NCBI GenBank assembly: GCA_027031485.1
Contig: JALVQI010000229.1
Span: 1-60,898, forward strand
Direction: 5' to 3'
Source of the DNA: Candidatus Aminicenantes bacterium
Lineage (GTDB): Bacteria; Acidobacteriota; Aminicenantia; JAMOAD01
DNA: 60,898 nucleotides
Under the pieces are notes generated by a model. It was given only the letters and a program-made list of their open reading frames with translations. It did not search any database and was not told the DNA's origin. Made by a program: the position numbers and the translations under genes. Shown here piece by piece: positions 55,932 to 60,898 of the stretch; position 1 is the first letter of the stretch; every line of letters begins with the position of its first letter.

Positions 55932-56954
55932 ATGGATAGAGAAACAACAAACCTTCAACACTTTTTAATTGAAAAACAGAGAGAGCATCCGGAAGCAACG
56001 GGAGAATTTACATCTCTGTTTGCAGAAATCCTACTTGCCTCTAAAATAATCGCAAGAGAGGTAAGAAAAGCAGGACTTGTTGAAATTTTAGGTTTAACGG
56101 GAGAGATCAATGTTCAGGGAGAGGAGGTAAAAAAATTAGATGAATACTCCCTTCAGGTTTTTGTGAGAGTTCTTCAGAGAGGGGGCTCACTCTGTGTAAT
56201 GGCATCCGAAGAAACCGAAGATATCATAAGAATCCCTGATAAATACCCGAAAGGCAAATATGTTCTTGTGTTTGATCCTCTTGACGGTTCATCAAACATT
56301 GAAGCGAATGTCAGTATTGGAACAATATTCGGAATTTATAAGAGAAGGTCCGAAGATGAGTGCGGCCATGATGGCAATTACGAGGATGTTCTTCAACCGG
56401 CAAAAAATCTTGTCGCCGCAGGATATGTAATCTATGGTTCTTCCACAATGTTTGTTTACACTACGGGGCAGGGGGTTCACGGTTTTACAATGGACCCATC
56501 GGTAGGTGAATTTTTGCTCTCCCACGAAAATATTCAGATTCCGAAAAGGGGGAAAATCTATTCTGTTAACGAAGGAAATTACAACAGCTGGAGTGAAGGT
56601 ATAAGAAGATACATTGACTACATAAAAAGTGACAAAAATAAAAATGGAAAACCCTATAAATCAAGATACATAGGCTCCCTTGTAGCTGATTTTCATAGAA
56701 ATCTCCTATATGGCGGAATTTTCCTTTATCCGAGAGATAAAAAGGCTAAAAACGGGAAATTAAGACTTCTCTATGAAGCAGGCCCTCTTGCAATGATTGT
56801 CCAGCAGGCAGGAGGTTATGCAAGCAACGGAGTTAAAAACATATTAGATATTGAACCAAAAGAGATACACCAGAGAACACCTCTTTTCATTGGAAGCGAA
56901 GATGATGTTTTAGAGGTGGAAGAATTCATTAAAAAGTATGGAGATGAAGTTTAG
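55932..56954 (+). CDS. fbp: Fructose-1,6-bisphosphatase class 1
   Basis: NVQGEEVKKLD, ASEE, FDPLDGSSN, RYIGSLVADFHR and KLRLLYE. Confidence 0.97.
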   Translation: MDRETTNLQHFLIEKQREHPEATGEFTSLFAEILLASKIIAREVRKAGLVEILGLTGEINVQGEEVKKLDEYSLQVFVRVLQRGGSLCVMASEETEDIIRIPDKYPKGKYVLVFDPLDGSSNIEANVSIGTIFGIYKRRSEDECGHDGNYEDVLQPAKNLVAAGYVIYGSSTMFVYTTGQGVHGFTMDPSVGEFLLSHENIQIPKRGKIYSVNEGNYNSWSEGIRRYIDYIKSDKNKNGKPYKSRYIGSLVADFHRNLLYGGIFLYPRDKKAKNGKLRLLYEAGPLAMIVQQAGGYASNGVKNILDIEPKEIHQRTPLFIGSEDDVLEVEEFIKKYGDEV

Positions 56955-56956
56955 GT

Positions 56957-57151
56957 ATGATTGTTGTATATAATGGGAAAGAATACGAAATAGAAGAAAA
57001 GATAAGTGTAAAAAAGCTTTTGAAAAAATTTAAGGCTGATGAGCTTTTTTATATTGTTATAGATAAGAGAAACAAAAAGCTTTTAACCTCCGATGAACAG
57101 CCCGAAAAAGACTCTATCATAGAAATAAAAAAGGTTATGTCAACGGGATGA
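56957..57151 (+). CDS. ThiS/MoaD-like sulfur carrier (TtuB-like)
   Basis: 64-aa ubiquitin-like pattern directly upstream of ttuA; ends in STG. Confidence 0.75.
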   Translation: MIVVYNGKEYEIEEKISVKKLLKKFKADELFYIVIDKRNKKLLTSDEQPEKDSIIEIKKVMSTG

Positions 57152-58059
57152 GATGTGCTATCTGTAAAAAGAAAGCTGAAGTTTATCTTCCGCATCACAA
57201 TCTTGCCCTTTGCAGGGAAGATTTTAAAAAATATTTCCTTAAAAGGGTTAAAAAGGCAATTGATGATTTTAAGATGTTTGAAAAGGGAGATAAAATTCTT
57301 CTTGCGGTATCAGGAGGGAAGGACAGTCTTTCCCTATGGCACGCTCTTTTAAAATTAGGATACGATGTAACCGGATTGTTTATTGCTCTTGGAATAGGAG
57401 AATTCTCTGAAAGAGCAAGGAAGATAGTTAAAGAGTTCTCCGATAAAAATAAAACAAATCTTATAACAGTAAAACTTGAAAATGAATTCGGGGGAAACAC
57501 TTTACCACAAATAGTGGAAAAAACAAGAGGTATTCCGTGTAAAGTTTGCGGTAAAATCAAAAGATACTATTTTGACAGAATAGCGGTAAAGGAAAACTTT
57601 GATGTGATTGCCACAGGTCATAATCTTGATGATGAATCAGCTTTTCTATTGGGAAATATTTTAAATTGGAATATTGAATATCTTGCAAAACAATTACCCG
57701 CCCTTCCGGAAGAGGATGGTTTTAAGAAAAAGGTTAAACCTCTTATTTATCTTACGGAAAGGGAGATTGCAATTTATGCTTTCTTTAATGAAATAAATTA
57801 CAATGAATTAAGTTGTCCCTTTTCAAAAAAGGCAAAGTCTCATTTTTACAAGGAGAGCCTTCATCAGATGGAATTATCTTATAAAGGTTTAAGAATAAAA
57901 TTTTTTAAAGGATTTTTAAGGAATCAGAAGATCTTCGGAAAAGCGGAAAAGAAATATAGTCTTTCCCCATGCAAAATATGCGGTTATCCCACAAGCAGTG
58001 AAATCTGCGGGGTTTGCAAAATAAAGATAAATTTGGGTTTAATAGAGGAGGAAAAATGA
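57148..58059 (+). CDS. ttuA: tRNA 2-thiouridine synthetase TtuA (Ncs6/TtcA family)
   Basis: Terminal Zn fingers, SGGKDS PP-loop, CKVC, TGHNLDDE and CPF. Confidence 0.88.
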   Translation: MRCAICKKKAEVYLPHHNLALCREDFKKYFLKRVKKAIDDFKMFEKGDKILLAVSGGKDSLSLWHALLKLGYDVTGLFIALGIGEFSERARKIVKEFSDKNKTNLITVKLENEFGGNTLPQIVEKTRGIPCKVCGKIKRYYFDRIAVKENFDVIATGHNLDDESAFLLGNILNWNIEYLAKQLPALPEEDGFKKKVKPLIYLTEREIAIYAFFNEINYNELSCPFSKKAKSHFYKESLHQMELSYKGLRIKFFKGFLRNQKIFGKAEKKYSLSPCKICGYPTSSEICGVCKIKINLGLIEEEK

Positions 58060-58925
58060 GAGTGGGAATTGCCCTGGGTTCCGGTGGAGCTAAGGGTTTA
58101 TCACACATAGGAGTCTTAAAGGTTTTGGAAGAGTTTGGAATTAAACCTGAGTTTGTTAGCGGGACAAGTATCGGAGCCATAATAGGTGCAATGTATTCAT
58201 ACGGAATGCCTGTTAAGGAAATTGAAAAAATCGCTCTTTCAATAAATAAGAAAAGACAAAAGGAAGTATTATCCTTAAAACCAACGCTCTCAGGTCTGAT
58301 TTCACAAGAAAAGATTTTTGATTTTTACTATAAAATTTTCGGAAATATTAAAATTGAAGATTTACCTAAAAAATTCGTTAGTATAGCAACAGATATCCAA
58401 ACCGGTGACGAGGTAGTTCATAGGAAAGGAGAGTTAACAAAAGCTGTTGTCTCAAGTGCATCCATCCCGATAATATTTCCTCCTGTAAAATATAAAAATA
58501 AATTTTTGGTTGACGGCGGGTTAGTTAATCCCATTCCTATAAAGCAGCTGATAAATATGGGAGCTGAGTTCATAATTGCTATTGATGTAACCAAACCATT
58601 GAAAAAAAAGGGAATGAAAAGAGAAACTCCAAAAATTGATGAAAAAAATATTATAAATAAGATTACAAATATATTCTCATCAATCTATGATAAAAACTTC
58701 AATGAATCCCCAAACCTTTTGAATATATTTCTGAATTCCATTGATATAATGGAAGAGCAGATTGTTAAAAACACTCTTTCCCTTTATCCCCCTGATATAC
58801 TCATTACCCCGGATATAAAAGATTTTAATACTTTTGATTTTTTCAGAGCAAAAGAAATTATCTACAAAGGAGAGGAAATTACAAGGACAGTTGCGGATTT
58901 TATAAATTACAAATTAAGTCATTGA
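58056..58925 (+). CDS. Patatin-like phospholipase
   Basis: GSGGAKG, GTSIG and VDGG. ATG 58056 follows GAGGAGG. Confidence 0.92.
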   Translation: MRVGIALGSGGAKGLSHIGVLKVLEEFGIKPEFVSGTSIGAIIGAMYSYGMPVKEIEKIALSINKKRQKEVLSLKPTLSGLISQEKIFDFYYKIFGNIKIEDLPKKFVSIATDIQTGDEVVHRKGELTKAVVSSASIPIIFPPVKYKNKFLVDGGLVNPIPIKQLINMGAEFIIAIDVTKPLKKKGMKRETPKIDEKNIINKITNIFSSIYDKNFNESPNLLNIFLNSIDIMEEQIVKNTLSLYPPDILITPDIKDFNTFDFFRAKEIIYKGEEITRTVADFINYKLSH

Positions 58926-59059
58926 CAAATAGTCATCTATGAAAACACCCAAGATTTCTTAAAAATCTTTTCTCCTTTAAAAAATCAAATTCTTCAATTT
59001 TTTATTAAAAATCTAATATGTTATAATACTCCATCATTTTATGAGAAACGGAGGTTTTG

Positions 59060-59743
59060 ATGAGTGAAGAAAAAAAGGATGATCTTACTCCTTTAAAATT
59101 GGGTAAAACAGTGATTGTCGGCGGTCACCCCCGCAGCGGAACATCTCTTGCCTGTCAGCTTCTTGAAAGTGCCGGAGTAAAGTTTTTATCAGATATAGGA
59201 AAAGATATGTACAACAAAGAGGGTTATTATGAATACTCCCTTGAAAAGGAGCTTTCAAAAAGATTAATAGATCAGGCAATGACAGAAGAGAATACGAGAG
59301 ATTTGAACAAAATCATAAAACTTCTGAATGAACATGAAGGCTGGAGCGGCTTAAAGGTGGTTCTAATACCTGCTATATTTTACTACCGACATGTGGGGAG
59401 AAAAAATCTGAAAGCTGTTTTTATTTTCAGAAACCCAGCTGATTCCAAAGCCAGTATGCTAAGAAGGGGGATCTCTCAATTCAAATTAAGCTGGTTTGAT
59501 AATAATAATGCGATAATTGCAGCTTATGAAAATATCCCTGAGAGCATAGTAATCAGCTATGAAACAGTTATGGAAAAAAAGCCCTGTGTGGAAAGAGCTT
59601 TCAGAAAATTGGGATTCAGAATAGATTTAAACAGAATAAAAAGCTTATACAGAACTCAGAAAAACAGTGGTATGATTGTTACCAAAGAGGAGATGGCTGT
59701 TTATAAAAAATTAAAAGAACTTGAAAAAAAGAGCTGTAAATAA
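59060..59743 (+). CDS. Sulfotransferase family protein
   Basis: PAPS-binding-type GHPRSGTS, N.EGYYE, FRNPAD..AS and SYE. Confidence 0.8.
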   Translation: MSEEKKDDLTPLKLGKTVIVGGHPRSGTSLACQLLESAGVKFLSDIGKDMYNKEGYYEYSLEKELSKRLIDQAMTEENTRDLNKIIKLLNEHEGWSGLKVVLIPAIFYYRHVGRKNLKAVFIFRNPADSKASMLRRGISQFKLSWFDNNNAIIAAYENIPESIVISYETVMEKKPCVERAFRKLGFRIDLNRIKSLYRTQKNSGMIVTKEEMAVYKKLKELEKKSCK

Positions 59744-60898
59744 TGGGTAAAAAGCTTGTCATTGTAGAATCTCCTTCAAAATCCAAAACAATAAACAAAT
59801 ATTTAGGTAAAGATTTTACGGTAAAAGCCTCAAAGGGACATATAAAGGATCTTCCGAAATCAAAGATGGGAATTGATATTGAAAATGATTTTCAACCTCA
59901 GTATCAAATAATAAAAAATAAAAAAACGGTAATTGAAGATATAAAAAAAGCCGCAAAAAAGGCTGACGAGATTTTTTTAGCAACAGACCCTGACAGGGAA
60001 GGAGAGGCAATCTCATACCATCTTTATCAGGAACTTTCCAATATAAATGCGAATATAAAAAGAGTTTTAATGAATGAAATAACAAAGAGAGGTATAGAGG
60101 AAGCCTTCAAAAACCCCACTGAGATTGATTTAAAAAAGGTTGACTCTCAGATAGCGAGAAGGGTTCTTGACAGATTGGTGGGATACAAGATATCTCCTCT
60201 TCTCTGGAAAAAGGTTAGCGGAGGGCTTTCCGCGGGAAGAGTTCAATCTATCGCATTAAAAATGATATGTGATAGGGAGAAGGAGATCAAAGCCTTTGTT
60301 CAAAAAGAGTACTGGACCATAAAGGCGGATCTTTCAAAAAAGAAAGAAAAGGATATTTTCACCGCAAAATTGGAGAAAAAAGGTAATAAAAAACTTGAAA
60401 TTCCTGATGAGAAGAGTGCAAAAGAGATAGAGACAGAGGTTAAAAATTCCCCGTTTGTAGTTGAAAATATAAAACTCAAAAAGAAAACAAGAAATCCACT
60501 GCCACCTTTTATAACATCCTCCCTTCAACAGGCTGCATATCAGACATACAGATTTTCAGTAAAAAAGACAATGATGATAGCTCAAAAGTTATATGAGGGA
60601 GTCTCAATAGGAGATAAGGGGCCAATGGGGCTTATAACCTATATGAGAACAGACTCGTGGAGGGTTTCGCCTGTTGCAAACAATGAATTGAGAGCTTTTA
60701 TTGAGAAAAATTTCGGAAAAGAGTATCTGGCGCCAAAACCAAGAGTTTACAAAAAAAAGAATAAAGCTCAGGATGCCCATGAAGCCATAAGGCCTACGGA
60801 TATAAATTTGACTCCCGATGAAGTTAAACCTTTTCTTTCAAGTGATGAATACAAACTTTATAAATTAATCTGGGAAAGATTTTTACAAACACAGATGG
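59743..60898 (+). CDS. topA: DNA topoisomerase I; partial, runs off the right edge
   Basis: Not in the ORF track. MGKKLVIVESPSKSKTINKYLG, ATDPDREGEAI, SAGRVQS, ITYMRTDS and QDAHEAIRP. Confidence 0.97.
   Translation, partial: MGKKLVIVESPSKSKTINKYLGKDFTVKASKGHIKDLPKSKMGIDIENDFQPQYQIIKNKKTVIEDIKKAAKKADEIFLATDPDREGEAISYHLYQELSNINANIKRVLMNEITKRGIEEAFKNPTEIDLKKVDSQIARRVLDRLVGYKISPLLWKKVSGGLSAGRVQSIALKMICDREKEIKAFVQKEYWTIKADLSKKKEKDIFTAKLEKKGNKKLEIPDEKSAKEIETEVKNSPFVVENIKLKKKTRNPLPPFITSSLQQAAYQTYRFSVKKTMMIAQKLYEGVSIGDKGPMGLITYMRTDSWRVSPVANNELRAFIEKNFGKEYLAPKPRVYKKKNKAQDAHEAIRPTDINLTPDEVKPFLSSDEYKLYKLIWERFLQTQM

Noticed and set aside
2490-60528. The many 60-160 aa ORFs nested in or antisense to long genes
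   Set aside because: They have no motifs or RBS and are fully overlapped by well-supported CDS; they are expected shadow frames.

Overview
This is an AT-rich bacterial chromosomal window from a diderm, flagellated organism. It is probably a thermophilic anaerobe, inferred from a WtpA tungstate-binding protein with a Moco/Tuco-type riboswitch and from TtuBA tRNA thiolation genes. The flagellin and surface proteins look Acidobacteriota/Aminicenantes-like, which is also an inference. About 50 CDS are present. I saw no tRNA, rRNA, CRISPR array or intact transposase. Housekeeping genes include gatB, ftsEX, purN, fbp, topA, rlmB-like and fliC-flaG-fliD-fliS-fliT. The main findings are: (1) a single polypeptide fusing MurJ, MurG and a HEAT-like helical domain, translationally coupled to a divergent MraY outside any dcw cluster and next to a Ser/Cys amino-acid racemase; (2) a 13 kb mirror-arranged envelope locus (11614-24748) in which each arm has a related small outer-membrane barrel and a secreted propeller protein with a shared C-terminal domain, plus two GT-C enzymes, a carbamoyltransferase-SxtJ-SxtK-SGNH module and a periplasmic-adaptor/OM-barrel fusion; (3) a P3-less Moco-family riboswitch upstream of wtpA; (4) pervasive leaderless-type promoters; (5) a repeat-rich intergenic patch at 540-1320. 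All assignments come from reading motifs by eye; no searches were run.
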